A DNA stretch of 64,000 nt from positions 51,232,048 to 51,296,047 of the forward strand of contig NC_083409.1 in the NCBI RefSeq assembly GCF_020745735.1, given 5' to 3'. The stretch is from Hemiscyllium ocellatum (taxonomy: Eukaryota). Shown piece by piece: positions 24,545 through 36,018 of this stretch (its first letter is position 1; the number at the start of each line of letters is the position of its first letter). The notes under the pieces are model-generated. The model had not been told where the DNA came from. It did not search any database and worked only from the letters and a program-made list of their open reading frames with translations. Made by a program: the position numbers and the translations under genes.

Positions 24545-25005
24545 AGTGAACGTACATATAAACATATGAATTAGGAGCAGACATAAGCTATTTAGCTTCT
24601 CAAGCTTGCCTTGCCATTCAGTAGGTCAGGGCTAATCTGATTGTATCCTCAAATTTACATTTCTGTCTACCCCAAAAAGCTTTCAACCCCTGTATAATAA
24701 GAATCTATCTACCTATGCTTTAACAAGTAATCAAGGATCCTCCTTGTACCACCTTTTTTAGGAATAGTGTTCTGAAAACTCAAGACCTCTAGAGAAAACA
24801 TTTTGCCTTACCTCTGTGTTACCTAATTTTTAAACAGTGACCCCTAGTTCTAGATTCTCCCATCAAAGCAAACATCTACTCTGTATCTATTCTGTTGGGA
24901 CTCCTCAGGATATTATATGTTTCAATCTTACTCTTTTAAACTCCAGCCAATACAAGCTTAGCCTGGTCCAATCTTTCCTTATAAGACAACACTCTTATTC
25001 CAGGT
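24545..25005 (-). mobile_element. CR1 3' end
   Basis: Reversed terminus aacatatgaattaggagcag...; cccctagttctagattctccc. Confidence 0.75.
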
Positions 25006-25174
25006 TATCAATGTTCACAATGTTTTCATAGAGCAGTTTCAGGATACTTTCACAGGGCAGCTCACTCTAATGCCAACCTGAGAGCAGACTTCACTAAACC
25101 TGATATTGTGTAATGAGATAGAATTAAGTAATGACTTCATAATAAAGGTCCCCTAGTTTGCTGTGATCACATTC

Positions 25175-25420
25175 AGTCTGAGAGAAAGACGAAAAAGATT
25201 TTTTTTCTGTCAGAGAGTTGTGGGTCCTTGGAACTTTCTTCCCCAGATACCAATGGAGAAGGAATCATGGAATAATTGTACAGTAGAGATGGACAGATTC
25301 TGGGATTTCAGAGGTGATTGGGGTGGGCGGAATGTTGAGTTGAGGCCACAATCAGATTAGTCGTGATATTATTCAATGGTGCAATAGGCTAGAGAATTCA
25401 AATGGCATATGTTTATGTGC
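25175..25420 (+). mobile_element. CR1 3' end
   Basis: RRKRFFFCQRVVGPWNFLP (the CR1 R..FF.QRVV..WN.LP motif). Confidence 0.75.
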
Positions 25421-28400
25421 ATTATAGTGGGATATTTTGTTGCACTTCCTTCTGCTGTATTCATATCCACAAGACATCTCACTGCTCTCATAATTACATC
25501 TTCTGCTTGGCCAGGCTTTCTGCTTCTTTCCATCATCATCCACACAATGCTGTAGGCTTATCAGAAAAATCTCCAAGCTCTTACACCCTTTATACTCATT
25601 CTACTTGCAGAAGTATTTGGCATATACAATAAGGAAGAAAATGAAAATATAAAGCTGACCTGGCTTGATGCTGAGGAGATAATTAGTGGAGAGGCAGCCA
25701 TTCACATAACAGACAGATAAAATTTACACAGCAACGATGAGAAGCTGGAATCCACATACAGCAGAGCTGTTGGATATCTATCTTTCCTTCCTAACCTTAA
25801 CTCTCTCACTCACTTATCCGACATGCCAATCTGGGGTAATCATTGATGTATTCAGGCAGTGGGCCATTTCATGGAGGATCTTGTCATTCACTTGATGAAG
25901 TTTTAGACAACCAGTGAATCTGATTGTGGTGTTCAGCTGCAAGTGCAGGTTCCCTTGATGAACCATGAATCAAGTGTATAGGAAAGTAGCCTATGATCCT
26001 AAGCTGTCAATCTCGTGTTCATTATGCAGGAAAAGATAGTGAGGGTATGGAGAATTGATGCAAACTAAAAGACATCCTGGAAAGTGCGAGAGATTGTCAC
26101 ACACCAGCTGCACAATAATGAGTCTTCGTTACTCACAAAAGTAACATAATAAACATCACAATAATAAAAGCTTTGCTATGAATCCTCAGCTTACTGCAAA
26201 CATGAAATATAAGTTTTTTGCTGCTGCTGATAGACCCTGCTGCTTAATGCAAATACTTTCTGAGCTGCAGTGACCTTGACTACTTCCCAAGGGAGTGCAG
26301 TCTCCTTGGAATACAACTATGCTTTTCAGCAATTCAGCCTTCTTAATCTTTGTGATGGAATCTGTGGTTTCAAAGCTTATATTTTTTGAGAGAAGCTCTA
26401 ATTAAACAGGGAGATGAAGGAGGGAAGCTGACCTTTCCAGTTTCTAAAGAAAATAAGGCTGAAACAGAGATGGGAAATCCAATCTCAAGGGAGACTTAAC
26501 CAGGTTAAAACCATCTAAAAGGATACAGAATTACTGCAACTCTGCTGGTGATTCTAGCAGTGCATCTCAGACATGCTAAAAATGTCAAAGCTGGATCTAG
26601 AACTGAGAATAAGCGACCATATAGTTGTTGCAGCTGCTTTGTTACTTGACAGCAAATTTGGTATACATATGACATCCTGATAATTTTAAACAGAAAGATA
26701 TGCCATTTTTCATTAATTAATTAATCTATGAAACTCTGATTGGTTGTATGCTGTTGTTGACTGGAAATCAGGCTAAATCCTAAAAGAGGATTTTTATCTT
26801 GAAGAATGTCTTGACTGAGCTTGATCATATTTAGGCTGTGGACTAATGAATCAATTCATAAGATTGGACTTAGTTGTATTTGTCATTGCATAATTATAAG
26901 TATTTAAATGACTGCAATTTACCTCTTAATTCATTTGTACTGATTTCTGAACTTTGGAATATGGGTGGTTACTGAATATAGTATTTATTGTTAACTTGTT
27001 TGATATATGTTTCATAAAAATTCTTTTGGTTTATACCATGGAATCTTGTGGCTTCATTTTTGTAGTAAATAATTGTAGCTGCTTGAGTTACAAACATTTA
27101 TTGCCGATGTGTTTGCCCTGGATCACACTGGCATTAGTAACGCAATTACAGTCTGCTTAATTATTTTGTTCAATTATTTTTTTAAATATATATTCTATTC
27201 TCCTGTAGTATTTTAAATCTTTCGTAATTGAACTGAACTTAACCATGTGGTTCAAAGTCCTATTCAGTTGATTAGATATTTCGGATTGTAAAAATGTTAC
27301 ATTTTACAACTATCAGCTCCATAATTCTTAACACACTTTACCAATAGAACTGAACTTAATTATAAAAATAAGATAAGATTATATTCAACAACCACTCACT
27401 TATTAATTTTTATAACTGCTTAATAGTTTAATAATTATCCTGATTGAAATTCCCTACTTCAGGTCACAGTAGAAAAAAAAATCCACCAGGTAAACACTTA
27501 CCTTCTACTCTTTGATGTCACACCTCCAATTTTCTTTCTGATCATGTGCTCTGTAGTTGGAGATCTGTCTCTGCTGTTGTGTCTGGTCTGCTCTCTGTTC
27601 AAATTGCTCTCTCCTAATGTGTTTCTGCCCTATATGTACATGTTTATACAGCATTCTTATCTTGAAGATACTTTAGTTTTATTTTATTCCATATTAATTT
27701 GCAAAAGTAAACACATTAGATTAGAACCCACAACATTTTTTTTGAATGAAGTGCTAAATACATTGGGGTGAATCTTACCATTATTTTGCCAAAGTGTCAT
27801 TTTCATCAATTTTCAGGGAGAGATACTCTCTACAATCTTCTCCTCTGTTGAAAGAAATTTATTTCTTGGTTTTAATGACCAGCTTACTCAAGCTGTTCAT
27901 ATAAGTTGTTTCTTTGCAGCTTTTGTGTCCTCTAATCAACTGCATTATATTTACTCAGCATAGTGCAATCACAGTATGATCAACCATGCTTCATTTTGCT
28001 GACAAATGATCAATCACACATCTGATTTTTAACAGAACTCATCCTGACATACAATGGTACTTGTGATGAGTTACAACACTTAATGTAAACACATATGACC
28101 CTTCAGAAACACATAAAACACTTAGGTCACCGTAATTTAGGATTACTGTCCACATGTTGTTACTTTCATCAGGGTTTTCTGCCCTCTGCTGCCATCTATT
28201 CTTCATTCTGTGGGATATCAGTTGGATGACTTGAATGATAATGCGCTGTTAAGAGAAATGACTAGTAGGTCTAATATTTCCTTCGATTTGTACTACGTCT
28301 GGCTTGAAAGGTTAGAGCTATATTTGGTGTTAGACATGAAACCTGGAGTACTCTTGTTGAATAAAACAATGTATAAGTGGTAGATATGTGCAAGGTTGAA

Positions 28401-28496
28401 AACTCACTCTTAGAAATTTTTGCAGCTCTTGAAAATTAAGCCAGAGTTAGTTGTCATCACATATTTAGCATTTCAGAATCTGAATCAGTTACAGTG

Positions 28497-28673
28497 TCAG
28501 GTACAGTTGCAATATTTAAAAGACATTTGGACACATACAAGAATGGGAAAGATTTAGAGGGGTATGGGCCAAATGCAGGCAAATGGGATTAGTTTAGTTT
28601 GAGAAACTTGGTCGGCATGAGCAAGTTGGACCGAAGGGTCTGCTTCCCTGCTGTATGACTCTTATGACTCTAT
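28497..28673 (+). mobile_element. CR1 (HER1-like) 3' end
   Basis: tttaaaagacatttggac...ggtcggcatgagcaagttggaccgaagggtctgcttccctgctgtatgactc, then a (tatgactc)n tail. Confidence 0.88.
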
Positions 28674-29244
28674 GAATAGGCTTATACTCTATTGCCACTA
28701 ATGTCAATGTCAACCAGTAGCAGGACTGGAGATGCTGCTGCTAGAGACAGACTTAAAATCTTAACCAGACTTAACCAAAGCAGAATGATTAGAAGAGGCC
28801 AGTTGGTCCATCATGCACATGCTAGCTCTTTGTAGGATCGCAAAATTAATCCCACTTCCCTGCTTCTTTTCTGTAATTAAAGGTTGCAATGATGTAAACC
28901 CATGGCAAAGCATTTCATGCTCCAACAAAATGATGTGTATTGTTTTGGTCTCCTTGTTTTAGGAGGGAGAAAGGAGCAGATTTTCTGTGACCACAAAGTC
29001 ATTACGCCAGCAAAGTTAGGAATTGTTCATGAGGATCTTTTCAGAATCCCACTGTAGCATGCATTGGAGGAATTGCCCAGGAAATTGACTGGGCAATTCC
29101 TGTATGTTAAGATCCATTCAAGAGTTTTTATTTAAATTGAACACTTTGGATGATTGCGATGAAATTAAGTAACATAATTACTCAGGAAAGTTAGACTGTT
29201 AAGTACATCGTCTAACTCATGAATAACTATGAAACAGACACAGT

Positions 29245-29950
29245 TCTTACCTCACACACCTGCACCTACCTCAGGCCAATTACATTTCTCAGACTCTAAC
29301 AAACTCATTCCTCTCCCTATATCCCCATGACCCCACCAATCATTCCCCATCTTCTGAGCCGTGCTTGACCTGACCTGTAATGACTAGTAGGAGAAATGAC
29401 TAGTACGTCTAATAATTACTTTTAACCCTGTAACCCCAATCTCACCCCACCCTCCCCATTCCTCCAATGACCTAAACCCCCTTCCCCTGTCCCCAAATTC
29501 GACTCCCCCGCCATCAGACCTGACCATCCAGTCCTGTCCACTCAATAGTCCTGACCCAAAATCCGACTGCTGGGAAAAAAACCCTCGCAGACCTGGCACC
29601 CAACCTTTCCACCCCCAACCAAACTGAATTTCTGCTGCCCACCCCAACCTACTCTAAACCTATCTGCCTACTCCTTGCTACTTTGAACTTGCACTTTATC
29701 CACTTGCTACCACTCCCCTTTCCACAGCACTTAGCTAGCATCATACCCTTACTCAGGAAACACCCTATTAGCTGGCACCTCCTCCCATCCCAACTGCCAG
29801 CCTCCCCAACTGGCACACTATTTGCACTCCCCATTGGCATCCTACCACCTAGGACTCTATCCCCTTCCCAGTTGCACTGTACTTCCCTAGCACCCTGCAC
29901 ACTTAATACTCTACTTCCTTACCAATCTGGCACATTACACTTCCAGTACC
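29245..29950. repeat. C-rich low-complexity tract with degenerate cactccc/ggcac repeats
   Basis: Strong C-over-G skew on the + strand with many CCC/CCCC runs. Confidence 0.6.
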
Positions 29951-31234
29951 TTAAGATCACTCTTACCAAATTGTTACAACACAGGGATAGCAAGCAAAAC
30001 CAAATCAGCCTCACTACCACTGGATTTGTATTGAGTAAACACAAAACATTCAATGACTCCAAGTTGCTCAAATGTACCAGGCCAGAGTTTGCAACTAAGA
30101 TATCTTGGACACCAAGTTTATAACATCAAACAAAAATGAACAGTTTATTGTTAAGAATGTACTTTAGCAGAATACAGATAATTAACTTGCCAGGTAATTT
30201 AACTACTATGATTTAAGCCCAATTTGCTTTGAATACAAACTCCCACTCACATAACAACAGACTGAACAGATCAATTTAAGGAAAGTAAAATAATTGTAAT
30301 TTGCAAATGCAGTACCCATTTCAACAACGAATATCAGGCCTTCATGAAATCCTTGGACAATGTGTCATAGAACAGGCATACAGAACTGTATATTTTGCTT
30401 GCAATCTGAAGTTACAGGTTAATGCAAACATCTTCCATAGGCTTCTGGAGACTTTTTACTTATTTCTGAGACTGGGGTTCATTTCACAGTACTTTACAAC
30501 ATGTCAGTAATTTAAGAAAGCTAGACAGAGAGTGCAAACCTAAAAAGAATGCTCACTCCAGCAATTTCCACAATAAAACCAAATCCTGCCCACAACCCAG
30601 TCTGAGCCAGTTCACTCTTTGTTTTCTCTTTCTTTATCAGCACTCTCTGTAGTTGGCTGGCCAGCATCAGTCCTCCCCAAATTGACCAATTCAACATCCA
30701 ACCAACTACTAGTCCCTGAGCATAACTGTAGCTTGGTGTCGAATCATCTACTGTGTTCTTAGAGCAGTAATAAACCAGCATTATCTTAGACCAGTTCCCA
30801 ATAGCAAACGTTTGTCTTTTGTTCTCATTTTTCAAAAATACTGCTACTGTTCAAAGAAAAAATTCTCAACTGCAACTCACAGTTTCAAACCAAAAATGAG
30901 AAAAACAAAAGAAAAATAATGATCGCCTCAACATTATGTACTTATGGCTTGATGGCTGTCAAGACTTCTAACTTTCAGACTATGGCAGTTGACCTGACTG
31001 GAAAAGGAATTTGGTTTCGTACTAAGCAAGAACTGGGAGACTGGAAGAACAGCTCCACATTTCTGAGGGATCACTGAGCGAAATTAGAAACATTGAGCAC
31101 TCTTCTTTCATAAAATAGAAGAATCTGAGTGGAAATTTGTCACTTTGCAGAAAATCTGGGCCATTATTTCCATTGAGCCAGTGTAACAAAGGCTCATCAG
31201 ACTTGTTTTCAGAATCACAGGATGGTAGAACTGG

Positions 31235-31660
31235 TCAATGAAGAGAGGTAGGAGAATATGGTATAGATATGAGATAAATACATAAGAGATATGAGCCTGA
31301 AGAATGTGAGGTGATCTCATTGAACCCTTCAAAATGCTGAAAGGGTCATACAGGATTGATGCAAGATAGCTGTTTCCTCTGCTTTAGGAGTCTGCAACCA
31401 GGGGACATAATTTCAAAATAAAGAATAATCCATTTAGTACTGAAATGACAAGAAGTATGCTCACTCAGAGGGTTGCAAATCTTTGTGATTCTCTATCCCA
31501 AAGAACTGTGGAAGCCCAGTCATTCAGTTTAAAATAGACATTGACTGATTTCTAAAGGACATAAAAAGATAATGTGGGAAAAATGCATTGGAATGGATGA
31601 CCAGCCAGGATTGTATTGAATAATGGAGCTGAATGGCCTAAACTGTCTCCTATATTTCTA
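31235..31660 (+). mobile_element. CR1 3' end, old
   Basis: gaggtgatctcattgaacccttcaaaatgctgaaagg (RGDLIE.FK.LKG); actcagagggttgcaaatctttg. Confidence 0.75.
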
Positions 31661-31729
31661 TCTCTTTCTCTACTCCACTGAAAATAGTCCCAGAATATCA
31701 CTGTTCACCATGTAACTACTTTTCCCATT

Positions 31730-32045
31730 ATACTGAGGGTGTGTACACTATCTTTCAGACATAAAACCAAAGCCTGATATGTCTGTGCAAGTGGATATAA
31801 AACATTCCATGACACTATTTCAAATTATCCCTTTATGACCTGGCAAACACATGTCCCTGAACCATCATCACAAAACCAGATTACCTGCTTATTATTACAC
31901 TGTTGCTTGTGGGAGTTTGCTGTACACAAACTGCTTGTTATGTTTCCTACCCAACAGTGACTACACATCAACAGAACTTACTTGATTGTAAGGTGGTTTG
32001 AGATGCCGATGGTCATAAAAGGCACTGTATAAATGCAAGCCTTCC
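31730..32045 (+). mobile_element. Deu-domain SINE
   Basis: Ends in ttgtgggagtttgctgtacacaaa...caacagtgactacac...aaaggcactgtataaatgcaag. Confidence 0.75.
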
Positions 32046-32357
32046 AGTTCTTTACAATCTAGCATTATCACAGTGAATGTATGTAAAATACTTTTATGGC
32101 TTTAATGTTTGATAAATGGATTCCTAAAATTGCGGTGTAATGAATATATAGTATAACTTTATTAATGTTTGTTTACTCTTGCACTATATTTTACTATTTA
32201 TAAAGCAAAAAGTTCTAATATGCACTAAAACTCCAGAAATTAAGAACTAGAACAACCTGATCACACTGTATAATCACAAACTTCAATATTTTATGATTAA
32301 ATATATGTTACCATCCTTTCTTTCTACTAAAATGTGTTATCTTACACATTCACACTA

Positions 32358-33197
32358 AATTACAACAGGATCTTGATCAGATAGGCCAATGGGCTGAGAA
32401 GTGGCAGAAGGAGTTTAATTTAGATAAATGCAAGGTGCTGCATTTTGGGAAAGCAAATCTTAAGCAGGACTTATACATTTAATGGTAAGGTCCTCGGGAG
32501 TGTTGCTGAACAAAGAGACCTTGGAGTGCAGGTTCATAGCTCCTTGAAAGTGGAGTTGCAGGTAGATGGGATAGTGAAGAAGGTGTTTGGTATGCTTTCC
32601 TTTATTGGTCAGAGTATTGAGTACAGGGGTTGGGAGGTCATGTTGTGACTGTATAGGACATTAGTTAGGCCACTTTTGGAATATTGCGTGCAATTCTGGT
32701 CTCCTTCCTATTGGAAAGATGTTGTGAAACTTGAAAGGGTTCAGAAAAGATTTACAAGGATGTTGCCAGGGTTGGAAGATTTGAGTTATAGGGAGAGGCT
32801 GAATAGGCTGGGGTTGTTTTCCCTGGAGCATCAGAGGCTGAGGGGTAACTTTATAGAGGTTTATAAAATCATGAGGGGTATGGATAGGATAAATAGACAA
32901 AGTTTTTTTCCCTGGGATCGGGGAGTCCAGAACTAGGGGGCATAATTTTAGGGTGAGAGAGGAAAGATATAAAAGAGACCTAAGGGACAACTTTTTCACA
33001 CACAGAGAGTGGTACGTGTATGGAATGAGCTGCTAGAGGAAGTGGTGGAGGCTGGTACAATTGCAACATTTGAAAGGCATTTGGATGGGTATGTAAATAG
33101 GAAGGTTTTGGAGGGGTTGGGATATCTGGTCGGCATGGATGGGTTGGTCCAAAGTGTCTGTTTACTGTGCTGTATCTCTCCATGACTCTATGACTCT
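32358..33197 (+). mobile_element. CR1 (HER1-like) LINE, 5'-truncated, relatively young
   Basis: ORFs 32445-32648 and 32676-32936 (EQRDLGVQVHSSLKV; LEYCVQFWSP.Y.KDVVKLERVQKRFTRMLPGL); tail catgactctatgactct. Confidence 0.95.
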
Positions 33198-34281
33198 AAA
33201 TTGCATCTGCCATCTGGTTTCCCATCCTGTTAACCTATTTTCTGTCCTCAATGGTTTTTTTACTGGCTTTCTCACAGTTTGTCAAGCTAGAACATCTGTG
33301 TTGTCATCAAACTTCAATTTTGTGTGTCTTATACTCAAATTCAATTAATTTGTACATACAAAGGTTAAAGATAGTCCAGGATTACCCCTTGACCATTCCA
33401 TTCTTTTGCTGTCACTGTGATATTCATTAATTCTAAAGTTCTTTTCTTTTGACCAGCTTTTGATCCAGGCTGCTATATTTCGAATTATACAATACCCCTG
33501 ACACTTTCTCATAAGCCCTTAGTGAGTTAGCTTATACAGTGGCTTATGAAAATGCTTTGGCCACAGTATTTCTTTTAAGCATCCAGTTTGGAACTTCTTA
33601 AAAAGAAACTTCATGAAATATGGCAAACAAGAGTTTGACAAATCTGTGCTGCCTGTCCTTGATTAAGGTGTGTGTTTCTAAAAAAACTGAGTAAGAACAT
33701 ACTGATTTGTTGAAGTTAGTCATAGGAACTAAGAGAATTTTGCAATGTGTAAGTTAATATATGCTGAGATACTATCACAGACAAGCGAGGGATGTGCTGA
33801 GAAAATGTGCAATTGGAGTTGGGGGTCAATCAGAACATGACATGTTTATTGGGTCATTGGACATTTCATTTATTCTAATTCAGCAATTGAAAGTGAAAAA
33901 GATGCTGACATGTTTTGATTTAAGTCTAATATTTTGGGGATCATTTTCAACTGCAGGGGGAAAGAAAAATGTAGATTAGTAACCTATTACACATATTGCC
34001 TTTCTTTTGCAACTTTACTTTTGATTTCAATTGTGACACCTCCAGCACAACGAAAGCAATGGATAAAGGAATATCATGAAGAAAAACCTTGAAGCTGATG
34101 GTAACTGAGCTGTTTATTCTCACCAGTCACATTTCACTTAAATGAATGATTAAACTTCCAAAGCTGACAGCTATCGCAGATTACATAGGAAACTGATTTT
34201 TTTTGCTAAGAAAATCAGTTATCATTTTGGATTCAGGATTATTGGATAGAATTTTAAGATTTTTGACCTGCAGCTCCACTT

Positions 34282-34581
34282 CATAGAATCATAGAATCCC
34301 TATAATGTGGAAACAGGCCATTCGGCCCAACAAGTCCACATCGACCCTCCAAAGAGCATCCCACCCTATTCCTGCAACCCTACATCTCCCATGGCAAATC
34401 CGCCTAGCCTACACACCTCTGGACATTATGGGCAATTTAGCATGCTAATCCACCTAACCTGTACACCTTCGGACTGCGAGAGGAAACCAGAGCACCCGGA
34501 GGAAACCCATGCAGACATGTGGAGAATGTGCAGACTCCACAGAGACAGCTGCCTGAGGATGGAATTGAAATCGGGTCCTGG
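34282..34581 (-). mobile_element. V-SINE (HE1-like), head truncated
   Basis: Reverse complement of the V-domain (ggaaaccagagcacccggaggaaacccatgcagac) and of the CR1-derived tail. Confidence 0.9.
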
Positions 34582-34584
34582 AAA

Positions 34585-34905
34585 AGACCATCTCCAACAA
34601 TCGGAACTTTCACCATCATCCCTTGACATTCAGAGGTGTTACCATCACTGAATCCCTCACTATCAACATCCTGGGGATCAACATTGACTAGAAACTAAAA
34701 TGGATCACTCATATAAACACTGTGGTCCAAAAAAGAAAATCATAGCAGTCTAGAGTGAGATGGAACATTCCCCACTTACCTGGATGAATGCAACTCCAAA
34801 AACGTCAAAAGGTTTGACACCATCCAGGACAAAGCAATCCACTTCAAGTACATTCACCTTCATTTCTTTCACCACTGATGCACAGTGGCAGCAGTCTGTA
34901 CCATC
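34585..34905 (+). mobile_element. L2/CR1-group LINE RT C-terminal fragment
   Basis: tcaacatcctggggatcaacattgac (NILGI.ID); MEHSPLTWMNATP. Confidence 0.7.
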
Positions 34906-35282
34906 TCGAGAAGCAAATCCAAATGCCCACTCATTTTGGTTATTGGCGCCACAGGAGAAGTTTATATTTCTCTCAGCCTTGGCAAGTAGTCCATCTGTCA
35001 CCAGCTACACACATTCATGCTAACTGGGAGATCCTTTTTGAGCTTCCATTAGTGCACCGGAAGGAACCAGAGAGGAAAAAAATTGAAGGTGGAATGAACT
35101 TTCCCAGTCACTGGATATTTGAGGCCATTTGGTCCAGCAGCACGCACTTCCTTCAGGAACTTGCAAAGTGCCTATATTTACCTGGCTGACAACTTCAGCC
35201 TACAGTATCAATGCTTTTCCAAAATGTCTAAGAGTCTGAGCCATGCTTTGTAGTTAGTTTTTCCTGTGATGTTGACCCCTCT

Positions 35283-35490
35283 CAAAGAACAAAGAACAAA
35301 GAAAATTTACAGTCCAGGAACAGGCCCTTTGCCCCTCCAAGCCTGAGCTACTCCAAATCGACTGTCTAAACCTGTTGCCCAATTCCTAAGCATCTGTATC
35401 CCTGTGCTCCCCGCCTACTCATCCATCTGTCCAGATGCATCTTAAATGAATCTAACGTGCTTGCCTCTACCACCTCTGCTGGCAACCTGT
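35283..35490 (-). mobile_element. CR1 3' end (aaagaac-tail subfamily)
   Basis: caaagaacaaagaacaaagaaaatttacag...; same subfamily as 55345-55725. Confidence 0.8.
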
Positions 35491-35504
35491 CCTCTCCTAT
35501 GCAT

Positions 35505-35533
35505 TTCTCTCTCTCTCTCTCTCACTCTCTCTC
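35505..35533. repeat. (TC)n microsatellite
   Basis: A near-perfect TC run with one interruption. Confidence 0.9.
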
Positions 35534-35702
35534 GTGCTCAGCTTTGTATTGCTCTTCTACCACTGTATGACATGGTTCTGATATGGTTCTGATGGATCAT
35601 TTTACTTCTTTTAATATATTGTCAAACACATCCAAGTTCTGGCGATCTACAGTATTTTGCTTTTATTTGGAATTCTCTACCCAGATAAGACCACAAGATA
35701 GT

Positions 35703-36018
35703 GGGTGGCACGGTGGCACAGTGGTTAGCACTGCTGCCTCACAGCGCCTGAGACCCGGGTTCAATTCCCGACTCAGGCGACTGACTGTGTGGAGTTTGCA
35801 CGTTCTCCCCGTGTCAGCGTGGGTTTCCTCCGGGTGCTCAGGTTTCGTCCCACAGTCCAAAGATGTGCGGGTCAGGCGAATTGGCCATGCTAAATTGCCC
35901 GTAGTGTTAGGTAAGGGGTAAATGTAGGGGTATGGGTGGGTTTCGCTTCAGCGGGTCGGTGTGGACTTGTTGGGCCGAAGGGCCTGTTTCCACACTGTAA
36001 GTCTAATCTAATCTAATC
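35703..36018 (+). mobile_element. Full-length V-SINE (HE1-like), young
   Basis: A box TGGCACAGTGG, B box GGTTCAATTCC, V-domain GTGGAGTTTGCACGTTCTCCCCGTG...GGGTTTCCTCCGGGTGCTC, CR1-derived tail and (TAATC)n end. CpGs are retained. Confidence 0.95.

Noticed and set aside
29683-30123. 146-aa Pro/Leu-rich ORF
   Set aside because: It arises from the C-rich low-complexity tract and has no domain or splice support.
35703-35775. tRNA genes at the V-SINE heads (also 42152)
   Set aside because: The A/B boxes run directly into the V-domain and LINE tail, so these are SINE promoters.
35583-35921. Similar ORFs 35583-35921, 42056-42343 and 34426-34629 as a small protein family
   Set aside because: They are chance translations of V-SINE sequence.
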